Under the pieces are notes generated by a model. The model searched no databases and was not told the origin of the DNA. It worked only from the letters and a program-made list of their open reading frames with translations. DNA of 64,000 nt, taken from contig OZ320313.1 of assembly GCA_976226885.1 (NCBI GenBank), positions 31,186,001 to 31,250,000 on the forward strand, in the 5' to 3' direction. Positions 26,701-39,277 of the stretch are shown piece after piece. How positions within the stretch are numbered: the stretch's first letter is position 1; every line of letters starts with the position of its first letter. Source of the DNA: Iphione sp. A-MEVVRFRX5 (Eukaryota). Made by a program: the position numbers and the translations under genes.

Positions 26701-29143
26701 TAAAGGATCCCTGCGCTGGTCTCTTCACATGCGTCTGGGGCATCCCAGCTTTCTTGGTGCCCTGCGTTCCTCTGCCAATTGCCTTCTTTTCACTTCTTGC
26801 AGCGGCGCCCTAGTACTTGCAGGATCAAGGCTGTAGGTTGTCATAAAGGCAAAATAGAAACATGGAAGTATGTGCTGAGTGGTAAGGAGAGTGGCTTAAC
26901 TGCTCGACAGTTGAATTCACCCGTGACAGAAGTGTGGTAATGGAGGAAATTCTGGAAATTGTGCACTACAGCGTGCTTGGCCCCAGACTCGCACGAACAC
27001 GGTGATAGGCACCGTTGGACGACCTAGAACTTGAACCCCCTGTGAACGTAAAAGGGTGTATGCGAGGGAAAGAGTTCCTTTCAGTCAAATTCTAGCTATT
27101 AATTAAATGGACGGCCATGATGATAAGTCTGCTTGTGTCCTGCATGTTTAATGCGGAGGGTAGATCTATGTGCCCCCTCGTTTTACGCGAACAGATAGGA
27201 CGTTGAGCTGCTCATAAATGCAGCTCACATCGTTTCCAGCCAGGAGGAGACGGAAGTGAGGCATTGTAAAGAACATAGCAGTGAGGTGCACGCCTAGCGC
27301 AGACTGCATAAGTGAACTACCGCCCATTACATTCAGTTTATTTGAGTTAATTCACAGTAGTTGTATTCCTGCTAATGAAGGCTTTCACAGGCTTCATAAT
27401 ATGACGACTGACCTGCATGCATTACTTTCCTTTTAGTGTTCTTTTTATTCAACAAGACTCCATACACACCTGTCGAGCAGAAATCCACAATTTACCTCTC
27501 TAGTTGGAAGAGTTTTTGCAGCTTCTTTAAACATTTTAACAGTTTCTGTTCATCGATAACAGGTAGGTTGTGCTCAAGAAAACCATTAGCTTAACGAACT
27601 ACTTCCAGGAATGCGTTTACGTAATAATCAGTACCAAGGAGGTTGTTAACATTTCGGTTTGAAATCCGAATGTTATAATGGTCGTTCCATACTGTAATTA
27701 AAGAAAATCAGACCTTTTTTAAAGACGGATCGCGTGCTCACTGAAAAGTAGGCACCTGACAGTAAAGTTTGAATTGGAAGTAATTTGTATTACCAGTAAA
27801 TATCCATACTGCTGTTTTCGTCCTTTACCTGCAACGATAAGAATGTAATTTTGCATTACAAAATACTAAAACGGTCATTTTTGTAATTTCTTGTCTGAAA
27901 TGTAACAGAAGAATACTTTTCAATGCTCAATGGAAGATTGTGGAGAAAATCGGGTGAAGAAGTTCAAAAAGTTGTTGAAGAAAATAACATAACATGGAAT
28001 GGGTCTTTTTGTGGTAGCTACCGTTGAAAACATGGAAACCCTCCAACCAGAAGGGTTCGCCAGGAACACTGCCCGTAAAGTAAATGTTTACACTGTTGTA
28101 GCTCAAGGTTATAACGCCAGGCGAGATATATGCCACCATAGCAACTCGCACCGTCGACTTTTTACATCTTCGCCGCGCCGTCTTTGGCAGAGGTAACATC
28201 AACAAGCAGTGATATTATGCCAGGTGTCTGTTTTATGCCTGTTTACTTTGGAACTGTTTCATGGTCACTGATATGAATCCGCTCCCTATCTGCTGCTCAA
28301 ATTGAATCCTCCTTTGTTGCATCGATTCTGAAAAGGTTAGTATAGAATGTAAGTATGGTTAATGATTCCTCTTGAGGATTCTGTGGCGCGAAATAATCGC
28401 CAGCATTTATTCGATACCTTCAATAAAAACGAGTGGTTGGCGCTGATTCGAGTCAGGTGCAGTCGTTAGCAGACCCTGCTTATGGATAATGGACGATCAT
28501 CTTTGGCAAGACCAAATCTCAGGGAGAGGTTTTTATGATACGTTTGTGTGAAGCGGTTTGCCTAATATTCCACATATAAATACCATTATATCCCGAATAT
28601 ACTGATTTGGAGTTCCCCTTGTTCATAACTACTCGTAGATTTAATTACATAGAAAAAGACTTCAATGGAGACCGACTTGTAGTAGTATGTAGATTTAAAC
28701 AAGAGTCTAATGTCTTTTTCATCAGTAACTTACGGCTGAAGGCAAGATGTTGACAAGGATCCTTCCACATTGACATAATAGAAGATCGTAATCATTAGAG
28801 TGTGACGGTTTCAATTTGTCTCATGGCCATAGTTTCTAATGTTCTGCTTCCCCGTGCATTTTCTCTCGCAGAAAGAACCAATGTTTGATATTTCGCTTAG
28901 TTACAAAAGGTAGGCTACATTTGTTGCAGGGAAAGGGAATTAGTTTTATCGTAAGGTTGCATTGCCGATTTAGGCAAACATATCTTTTTCATGGGTTGTT
29001 ATCTAGTATTGTGACACTTCATAAATTTTGACAATTCACGTAGAAATTGGATTTACATTATTAATGGGTTTTGAATGCCGAGTAGAAAAACCATCTCATG
29101 TCGCCTTTTGATTGGTCCTGGCACATGTTACCGTGGACTGGCA

Positions 29144-29157
29144 GCGCCCTCTGGTGG
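29144..29157 (-). promoter_or_regulatory. CTCF consensus match CCACCAGAGGGCGC
   Basis: 14/14 match to CCASYAGRKGGCRS on the - strand. Binding is not shown. Confidence 0.4.
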
Positions 29158-30534
29158 AGATAAACAGAATGACTAATCGCGTTGCTTGTCGTGGAATTCC
29201 CGCAATTACGAGATGAACCCAGCCGTTTTAGTCTCCAGACACGCCACGGGCGATCCCTGCTAGAGTCGGTGAACCCCTAATGATGACGTAAGTATTACAT
29301 CACCGTTGGCGTATTTTTGCCCTCTATTTGTGACGGTGATGTTGACCTCCCGGTACCGCACGGTCAGCAAGGTTTGTGTTGATGTTTGTTGGGGTAGCTT
29401 TATTCCATGCATCACCCTAGTGAGGAGATGGTAAACAAGAGTATTGCTAGGAAATGGCCTCCCCCATTTAAGACAGGTACCCATCAAAGACATCATTATT
29501 CCTTCCTTCCTTCCTCTTGACCTGTGGGTAACAGCAACTCTGACATAGGCACATACCGTGCCCTGTACGTCGCAATTAAGAGGGATCTGAAAGACATGGC
29601 AGCCCTGGGGCTCATTGAAACCATTAGGGAGCGAGCTAGGATGCTCGGTTCATTCGCGCCGACATGAAAGGCTTGCTACAATCACATCAATCACGTCCGC
29701 GGGACAGCGTGTAAATCATGTTAACGCTGAGCTGCTGAACAGAGGAGCATGTCATTGATTACTGCTTTGACTCCCTTTGTCTAATTAACAGCTCATCCCG
29801 TCGCTGTCAATGGCAACGGGATGCTCGTCAGGAGGACACCGGGGATATTCGTAGAGGTATGAGAAGGATATTGGTAACGTCCAAATTGTTCAGTCCTTAT
29901 ACTGAATGAGTCAAAAAGGGTGTGCACACCAGTTGTTGACCTGTCCACTGCCGATGTGGAATACGATGAGATTCGATAAACTAGATAGTCGGGTAAGTAT
30001 ACACATCTAGATTACCTTGGTCATGTAGATTGGTGAGAGAATTATAGCTAATTGTGTTTTTTCCGTTCCCGCACTCTATTTCGTATTATGAGACAATCGA
30101 CATTGTTAAGAACTATTGCATGTACATATGTATATCCTGTGCAGCTCGATTGGCGGGGGGGAGTTGCTTCAATCTTAACGGTGTCCCAGCCTGAGGACTG
30201 CCAGCGGCAATTGAAGGCCGACATGGACCTGAGGTAAAATGAAGAAAGGAAAGACGCCCGATTGAGTGCAGAGCTACTGGGTACCAGGTACAGGCGTCCT
30301 GCAGAAGGACGTTTCTACAGCCCAGAAGGCAAGCATTATAGAAACTGGAGGACAAATCTATTAGATTTTGATGATAGAATGTGGGGTGACGTGTTGCTTC
30401 TTGTTGCATGTTCATTGATGTCGCCATTCGAGTGGTGACATTGAGCGATTGTGAAGAAGAACTCTCACGGTCACACCGCAACACCTAACATGACCCTCCC
30501 CTATTGATGGGGTGGAGGTGGAGGCGGGGGAGAA

Positions 30535-30715
30535 TTTGATTGGTCATGTGACGTGTGGCGGTACACTTACAGGAGCACGTTCATGAAAGGTGCATTATGA
30601 GTAGTCCATCCATCTCCATTACGTCAGTAGTACGTCACGATTACACAGCCAATCAGCACCCAGACCTCCGGTGGTGGGCGGCGCTGCTAGCGATAGATGG
30701 CGCAAGCGCCATCCT
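30535..30715. promoter_or_regulatory. Promoter-like motif cluster: two CCAAT boxes, CRE-like TGACGT sites, inverted GATGGCGC pair
   Basis: gattggtcatgtgacgtg (~30538-30555), tacgtcag/tacgtcac, agccaatcag (~30647-30656), gatggcgc-aa-gcgccatc (30696-30713). Confidence 0.4.
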
Positions 30716-33641
30716 TGCTACTGTAATTTTGACGGAGGCAAGGCCGCTTTTGGCGTACTCTAGTGTGATTAAAGTTGGGTAACCTACTCAGCCTACTACT
30801 TGTAGCTTCCGCGTCAAGGAATACATGTACACATGTATAATCACGCCTAGTCTTTCGTCACTTTGCACAGTTTTGTCTCTCATTTCCCGTAAGTTGACGC
30901 GGTAGTTTAAATAAAATTCGAATAGTTTTCATTTTCGGAGATAGACCTAATCTCCATGCAGCTGTGTCTCTGCTGCCATGTTTGTCTCCGCGGTACAGTG
31001 TTATTTGGCATCAGTGCTTATTAACTGAACCGTTTTCATGTATCCATGATACTCCATGAGGCTCACGATGAATGCGTTTTCAGGTTGGGACATGTCTCAT
31101 TTCTCACTATGTAAAATCTCTGTTTAATTCCATGAGCATGTGTTTGCATGTTCCATGCCAAACAGTTGAGATGTTGTTCCGAGATTAGGGAGAAACACGG
31201 ATAGATATAGACATGTTTCATGTTTTCTCTGTCATGTTTGAAGCCCTTATCACATTGATGTATTTTTCTATGGATACGCATACGGCTGCATATGCATATT
31301 TTGTTGATCCTATACTTAAGCCCTGGAGTATTCACATACATATTTATGCATATTTGCATTTATCTACACACACGGCTGCATATGCATAGATGACCAAATC
31401 AGGCAGGGACAGATTTTCTATGCATATGGATGCATAGACCATAGGACGCAATGGTGAAGGGACAGCTGTTTGACATATGTACATAATCAAAATACACTCA
31501 GCAGGACACATTCTACATCTCCACACACATAGACATAATTTGCATCCAGAAGTCTTCTGGATACATGTGATAAGCACCTGAGTCCCTACCCCTATCTGTC
31601 CCAGGGTAAAGCTCATCGAAAAAGTGTGGTTTTGTGAGATTTTAGCTATTTCTGCATAAATTGGGCTGAAAAGAGGCAGAATTTGTATAATTTAAACTCA
31701 TGATCAAAATGATTTTTGTGAGAATCCTAACTTCCTTTCCTCCAGCGGTCCTGAGTAACGATGGGACACTTAATCCAACTGCATAACTACATGTATGTGT
31801 AAATAAATTTTGATTCAATTTATGCAAGAACACAGCTGCCTGTTTTTCTACATTCAGTACATATATTTGTGGAAGTTTGAAGTGACTTCACATCTGTCAA
31901 GTCGTGTAGTTCATTTTGCCCAATTGTGAACGGCTGGTTTGGATTGATTTTACTGTCGTTGAACCATGTATTTTAACTGACTATAAGTTCTCTGCTTTGA
32001 AAGTTATTTCTATTGTGTTTCCTTTTGAAATTTAATTGTTGGTTGTAGCTTTAGAGACATTATTCTCCTACCTACCTTGTCGGAAGGAACGAAGGCGTCT
32101 TTTACCTCTCTAACCCTGTTAAGAGTTTGCCAAAACACCTTTTTTTATATGAAATTGCCTTAAGCCTTGGCAAGAAGACGAAAAGAAAAACCACAAACAG
32201 AGTCTTCAAAAGTAAAACTTATTAAGAAATCTACCCAAAGGACCCAAGGTGTACTGGGATATTGGGTACAGGTGATACCACTCTGCCCGAGGCTAGTTGC
32301 TGATGATATTATGATTACTGCTTTGGGGAGTTATTCCCACTGCCAAGAATACGGAGCGTACAGCCGAAGTCTAATTTCCACAAAGCCTGTGGGCACGGAG
32401 GCTTGCTTTTCGTTGATTAGATTTCCATTTTTTTCCAACAATTCCTTTTTGCAAAGAATATAGATTTACCGTAAGAATCCAGCATACATACACATTGTCA
32501 TTGCTCTCTTCTCTTTCCCTCTCACAGACATGTCCTTTGCATTCACTTCATTCTGCGCGTCACTCCCTCGTTCTCATCTCTTTCACTTTCTGTGTAAGTA
32601 GTAAGGAAAGCTATAAATGAATGCATAAGGCATCTTCTGAAACGTGACCCGTGCAACCGCTAAAAGCCATCTTTGGACGCCTTTTTGAATGTCCCTCTCG
32701 TCGTCGACTGCTCATTTGTCTCCGGAGTCGCAGACACCGTTTAAATCCGGAGGGCGCTAGTGGTAATAACATTGACCGGAAGTCCCCGACAATGCTCTCG
32801 GAAGACGGTGACGGCCACCCTTCGCCTACTGGCAGCGTCCAACACCAACGCGATAAATGTTTTCTGTTGGGATGGCGACGTAAGCGGGATTATGGGGGGC
32901 GTCGCCTTAGTCACCGTGGATTATCCCGGGGATTAGGAGCGACGGCTGAGTGAAGACCTTGGAACAGTCTTTAGGTCAGCTCCCTATGCCAATCCGTCAC
33001 CCCTGTAGCAACCTCAAGGAGAGGAAGCACCAAGCAGCAGACTGAAATTTTCACCCGTTATAAACAAGTAAAGGCAGTTTACGATAATTGTTTACGCCTC
33101 TGATAAAGTGTCATTTATAGTGATCGACAGTCAAATGGTATGAAGAGCTTCTGATGTCTCTTCCCAGAGCTGTTTCTTTAACTGTGTGCTACCCTTACCA
33201 ATCAGTCTCCACAGACATACACTTTATTCTTCACACTCACTGACACAGATATGAACACATCGATAAGTAAGAGTAGATGCAAGTCGTTGCCATTTTGAAT
33301 ACCATTTACATAAACGGAATTTCAGCTGTACGTCCGAGCAGAACAGAGCAGTTTCTACTTGAGTGTCTACCCCGTCTTATGCTGCCAGCAAACTAGTGCT
33401 GAGGCCCCAGTAGATCCCGTCGGACCTGATCAGGCGAGTCAGACCAACCCCATCGCCGCCAGCTAGACAACCGCTCGCTACACCTTATCACATAGATGCT
33501 GCCCATTGGGGCATAACGCGCCCTGGCACATTCGTGCTCCTCCAGTGCCTACCTCCCTCCAACGCTACCGCCTTTAACGGAAAGTCTTTCCCCTCTCTGC
33601 TTACTAATAGCTGCCACATGTGTGTGTCACACACATACTCC

Positions 33642-33820
33642 CTGTCTCTGTCTCCCTGTCCCCGTCTCTGTCACTCTGTCTCTGTCTGTCTGTCTGCCTA
33701 TCGGCCTGTCTGTCTCTCTCTACCACGTGTGTGTTTCACATACTCTGTCTCTGTCTCTCTGTCCTTGTCTCTGTCTGTCTAGCTGTTTGTCTATCTGTCT
33801 CCCCCCCCCTCCCCTCTCTA
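33642..33820 (+). repeat. Degenerate CTGT/CT low-complexity tract
   Basis: Direct reading. It explains the spurious Leu/Ser/Cys-rich ORFs at 33534-33847. Confidence 0.8.
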
Positions 33821-35875
33821 TTTGACCCGTCGGCCGCTGCCACATGACTATCTCTTGTCACAGTCTCGCCAACCAGACTGGAAGCACACTACTCAGTCGA
33901 CTGTTGCCGTCCTCAAGGAATTACACTAAACCCAGGCGTTGGTGAGAGCATGATGTAACGTACGGCCGGGCGGGCGTCAAGGCGGAAAGAGCCGCACGCG
34001 GGAATGAGGGGGCGGGGGGAGGGTTACTCTAGCGGGGAGTCTTGGACTGGGCTTCATTTCGCCTGCCACCTTCCTGACAAAGACTGCTGACATCGCGGAG
34101 GCTTCCAGTCCCCCACCTTTTGCCAAACAACGAGGTTTGTCTTCCCACTCGCCGGCTGGCCAGCCGTTCCACCGTGTTAACTTGAGTGGTGGTTATCCCG
34201 GCGGAAAGTGCGCCCAAGGTTCCTTTCCTGGGATGTACGCGGGAGGGATTTGTGTGGCGATTAGTTCCGTTTCGGGAGGCCCCCCCTCTCGGGCATTAAA
34301 GGAATCCATGGCAGAAGGCGGCCGCAAATGTATCCATCGTCACCAATGAGTGTAGATCAAACTCAATGAAGGTCGTTTGCCTCTGATAAAGAAGGGTACA
34401 ACGAGTGAGATTAGCACAAGCCTTCGGGAACATGATCTACGTCTAGCGTATAACATCTGGTATTTATTGCATATTAGCCATTAGGGAACCTCCTGTCGGC
34501 CATTTTTGTCCTTTGTTTCAGAGCTTATTACGTTAAGTAGATAAAAAATATTACATTTATCAAAAGATTTTAAACTTATGTGTTTACACCCACAACAAAG
34601 AGCGTTTTTGTCTGGAGTAAAGCCGATACTCATCTGAGGCTTTGTCATTTTAGAATCACTAAGGAGAGGCATCCCTCAAGCCTGTGGAATACACCCTATA
34701 TTAGCCATCTGCATGTAAATGGGCAGACCGGGAACTGACGAGAATACTTTATAGGGCCTAGAAAGTATACATCTCCTTATCATATCACAATTAGTATAGC
34801 TTCATCATCAATTCGTTAGTAAATAGCTTTACAATTACATGCTGGTATGTACATGTGCATGCGAACATAGATATCAGTCTGTATCGTGATATTTAAAAAT
34901 GCCCTTCGGTTCTGACTCTTGACAATGGCGTGGGTCTGGACAAGTCTTTACAGTAGCATCAATACGTTGCCCACGGTCATCTGTCCACACCAGAAATAAT
35001 CACTGAAATGCACAGAAACTATTCAGGGGACTTAAAACATGACCTATGTTCGGGCGGTCCTACTGTGGAAATTTAAAAGGAATTAAAAGTACTAGATCCA
35101 CAAGAAAACTAACAATACAAACCAGGCAACCTGCTCTCTGGGTACCAAACAGGGTGTTATCAAGACAGGGTGGTCATTCGAGGCTTTCCGTGGCTCGCCC
35201 GATAGAGGTCGCGACCTCACAAATTTAACAAGAGGACGTCTCCTCTCCCTGACAGGTAAACCAGCAGGCCGTCTCCCTGATGGCCATTTGCGATTTCCTT
35301 TAACCGATGGCTTTCTCATATTTCGTTGGGGATTTAGTCCGTACTTGTTAATACGCTTTTCAGAACAGAAATCGGGTTTAGTGAATGGATAGATCTTCTG
35401 TAGACACGTCTGTTTTAAATTTGAAAAAAGGAGAACCTCGGTATGCCTTAAGACCGGTCATTATACACAGTATAGTGCCTTTGCTAACCCAATTTAGCTC
35501 GTCAGTTTGCTTTACTGATGGTTATCGTAATCCTCAAGATGAGTGTCCAGCTCTCGGTAGAAGTTTTCTCAAGAGTGACATAAATTCTGCGTTTTCATGC
35601 CCCAGATGTGTGCAGTAGCAAAATTCATTTAATGATATACTCGTATATGTTTTACCTGTGTTTCTGTTCAGGTCGGATATGATTTTTACAATATCAAAGT
35701 CAAAGACATATAACCAAACATCGATGAGGATGTTTTGCCGACACAGGTACACTGAATATAATGTAATATTTCTAGTTTCGTTTCATGCCTCTTTGGCTGC
35801 TAAGATCAAATGTTTGTCTTTTGTTATGAAACAACACAAACGCGGTGATGACAGGGCTCCCATCTCACTGACTAA

Positions 35876-36174
35876 GGCGCCGTTCAGATGTATCCATAGA
35901 AAGAAAACGTCTTTGGATCCGGGGACGTGAAAAAAAACCCTGCTGATCCATTTTTTAGTGCCTACTACACCATGTCTATTCACCATTGTTTCCTATGGAA
36001 ACGGATCTGTATCCCTAAAACATCTGTCGCAGACGGATTCAGAAAACGTCTACGTGTCCATATCCGTATTGAACGGGTGCATGTGAACACTTTAGATATA
36101 TTACTACAGCCTGGAAAAAATGTGTACGTGTCTGTATCCGTGTTCAGAAAATACGGATGCATGTGAACATGGCC
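35876..36174. mobile_element. MITE, PIF/Harbinger-like, 299 bp, with TIRs related to the 13026 element
   Basis: Imperfect 20-bp TIRs (15/20: GGCGCCGTTCAGATGTATCC vs GGCCATGTTCACATGCATCC), with a TAA target-site duplication on both sides. Confidence 0.7.
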
Positions 36175-36323
36175 TAATGCCAGGCCGTTCTCAATTTGTT
36201 CAACTGAACATTGTAACTTTTCCAACGTTCGTTTAGAGCTGACGACGGTGTGCACAACAGACCCGTGTCGTAAGCTCGTACGATTTGTTTCTAGAAATGA
36301 TTTCCCTTCCTTTATCTTTTCAG

Positions 36324-36589
36324 CGGTTGGCGACATCACATCTTTCGCCCAGCAGACCGACCACTTTCAGGCCGAGTATGGCTTCGACTGCTACCTGTTC
36401 GGTCCGGCCTCTCGGCCCGTGTCGGTGGTCAACCTCTACGACAAGGCAGCCCCCAGCCCCATGGCCACTATCCGCCGATGCAACTTGCTCAGGTCGGACG
36501 GCAAAACAGGTTCTCGCTTCTTCTCTCCCGCCCTGGTCATCAAGGACGAGAAATACGATGACTTGGAACTGGAACTCTCCTTCAGGAAG
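36324..36589 (+). CDS. gukh: NHS/GUKh exon A: C-terminal half of the WAVE-homology domain (xVGDITSFAQQTDHFQAEYGFDCYLFGPASRPVSVVNLYDKA...LELELSFRK)
   Basis: Acceptor tttcccttcctttatcttttcag (AG 36322-36323), phase 1. Donor aag|gtaggc (36590), phase 0. The peptide aligns by eye with recalled NHS [38 protein letters not shown] and with the WAVE WHD tail. Confidence 0.88.
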
Positions 36590-36933
36590 GTAGGCAGTTA
36601 CCTCAAACTATCCATTGCCCGCATGCCTTGCTTTTCGGTTTACTCCACAAGGACTGATTGAATGGATGGATTTACTGATTACGATATTTACCTGGACAAA
36701 CCCAAGATCAAATGCGAAATACATGCGCATGTATGTGTCCATTATATGGCGCATTTCCGGAATAGCATTAAGACTTCCAGTCTTGTTGGCTGCTTATGAA
36801 AGCTTCAGCTGAAATAGAGTGATGGGATGTCCCTGTCAGAGGGAGGAGGACGGGGATGATACAATGAAACTGTAATAGAGAAGCCACATGCACCTTACAT
36901 CCAGACATCCGATTCGCTTGTTGACGCGCCATG

Positions 36934-36947
36934 TCGCCAGGTGGCGC
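36934..36947 (+). promoter_or_regulatory. CTCF-like motif TCGCCAGGTGGCGC
   Basis: 12/14 match to CCASYAGRKGGCRS. Binding is not shown. Confidence 0.3.
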
Positions 36948-37601
36948 GATGGGGCTCAACAAAACGAGGCTCGTGTTGCCAGGTGGATGTCTGGTTTGCG
37001 GTGAGGGAAGCCGCACAGCGAAGGGTATTATAGGAACAGTAGGCTGCCTGGTTTTATGCCTGGGAATTTGATAATGGGAAACCCCGGCACAGTTGTAATT
37101 TAATGAAATTTCAGCTCTCGGGGTCAGTAAGGGAACGTATTATTATGTTTTAGTTAGTTGAGTTCCGTCCCCTAAGTAAGAGTCGATAAGTAAGAATTTA
37201 TATTGTCTGACATATTGTCTACACGAAACATTACATGTAAGCTTACTCATGTTTCACTAAAGAGGATTTGGATGACTTTCGAACCATTTCATTATTTACT
37301 CGAATCGGTAAAGGTGGAAGTTTTCCCTTACTTCCAAAATGACTATTTTTGCTTTAATCAAAACCCACCTCCAATATTTATTCGTTTAAAGTTTCTGAAA
37401 TACGATTGACTTAATGAAGCTAAATTCTTCATGGCAGTGTTTATCCATGCATGGTCCCATCCAGTTTAACGATCCAATTGAAATTCATCACCCATGCTTA
37501 CTTTGGAATGGTAATTAATTTACTGGTTGATTTGTGCCTTGTTTAAATGATTCCATGAATGAGTTCTAAGGTTTCCTGTGTTTGCATCCCTTCTATTCCA
37601 G

Positions 37602-37625
37602 CCGACAGTGGTCAGATTCAGGAAG
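37602..37625 (+). CDS. gukh: Candidate 24-nt frame-preserving microexon (PTVVRFRK)
   Basis: gtttcctgtgtttgcatcccttctattccag|CCGACAGTGGTCAGATTCAGGAAG|gtaaag. Phase 0-0 matches the flanking exons, with no stop codon. Confidence 0.45.
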
Positions 37626-39148
37626 GTAAAGAGAAGACATTAACTGTCACCAACGCCTCCAATCTAACCTCTTGAACCAGCTTATCTTGGCCCCATTTTA
37701 CTTCTTTATGTTCTGCTTCATAATATGGTGGTATTGTCTCGTGAAATCGTGTTTTGTATGCTTTGGAACATATTTTTTCTTCATATCAATCATAACTGTT
37801 TGTCTTACATTGTTTTAAACACCGAGATAATTATATACACTGTACAGCTAAGTCAACTTGTAACCTTACCTTTAAAACTGTAAGAACTAGCTGGAGTATT
37901 CTTAAGGACTTTACATAGTTATCCATATAAATGAGATTGTAGTGAATATATAAAATCAAGGATGTTTCCATCTGCACCATTACTTTATGTATATTAACCT
38001 TTTATATTATATGGCTCTAACTTGGCGTTGTTCTCCTAAAATCATGGACAGTAGTATATTTACATTACTGTAAATTTTACACTTCAGGTTCTAATGAAGG
38101 ATATGAAAAACAATTCAAATCGGCCATTCGTTGTAGATATTGTCTGTGATTTGTGGGTAGACATACAAAACTAATTATTTGTAATTAACAAAGTATTTTC
38201 TTTTAAAAGCTTGCATAATTTATTTACTTGCTCTTTTGACAACACTGTTTGAAGTTTTGAGCTTCTTTTTATACATATTCATCTTTTATTCTATGTAGGT
38301 TGACTTGTTCACTCATAATCATGTTCTGCTGTAATACAGTCACGGAGGAAATGGATGTTCACGAAGTTAAATAATAATTCCTTTAACGTATTTTGCATAT
38401 ACAAAGACACCGAAAATTATCTTGGGAAAGAAAATCTGTGACAGTACTCCTAATTCACGTCTTGAGGAGTCCTGCATTCAATAATGCTTTAGTTACAGCA
38501 AATAGTCGCTCTTTTGATCAAAGTGATTATTCAGAAATTTGGTTTTTGACTGATTTCTAAAGATACTACCCTCAGCCTGGTGTGTGAAGCAGCTTCACTA
38601 GTTTGGGCACAGTTAACACTGATGACTGGAACAATAATCCCTAAATATAACATTCTCTGTGGGGCACCCAAGGTCCCCAGAGAACAGCTATATTTGAGGT
38701 CTTATACTTTTGTGTAAATACTTCTATATCTGGAACCACAGGTTACACACAGATCTACATTGTACATATCAGGTGCCTTTCTAGTCTTAGTATTTGCATG
38801 CTGATTATCTCATGGATTTTCGTAACATTCCATTCGCTACAAGCTTACATTGTAACTTTAAATTCGATTTTGGTGAACTTTAAGCTACCAATGAAGCACT
38901 ATATTATTATAGCTTGGATTTGAGGTGTCTTCACGGTTATGAGACACGCAAGGTTGAAAATGCGCACTAAAAACTGTGGGCCCTATCGCAGTGCGCAACC
39001 CGCACACTCTGCTCATATAACAGACCTGCGCTTCTGATCAGAATAAGTGAATCCTCAGCGGAAGAATTCCGTTTTTATCAGTAGCCTTGTCGTCTTGGCG
39101 ACTGGCAGCACTTATTGTGACCTTTGGCGGAGATTCTGTGCCCCTGCC

Positions 39149-39277
39149 NNNNNNNNNNNNNNNNNNNNNNNNNNNNNNNNNNNNNNNNNNNNNNNNNNNN
39201 NNNNNNNNNNNNNNNNNNNNNNNNNNNNNNNNNNNNNNNNNNNNNNNNNNNNNNNNNNNNNNNNNNNNNNNNNNNNN
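39149..39277. other. N-run, 129 nt (assembly gap or masking)
   Basis: Direct reading. Confidence 0.99.
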
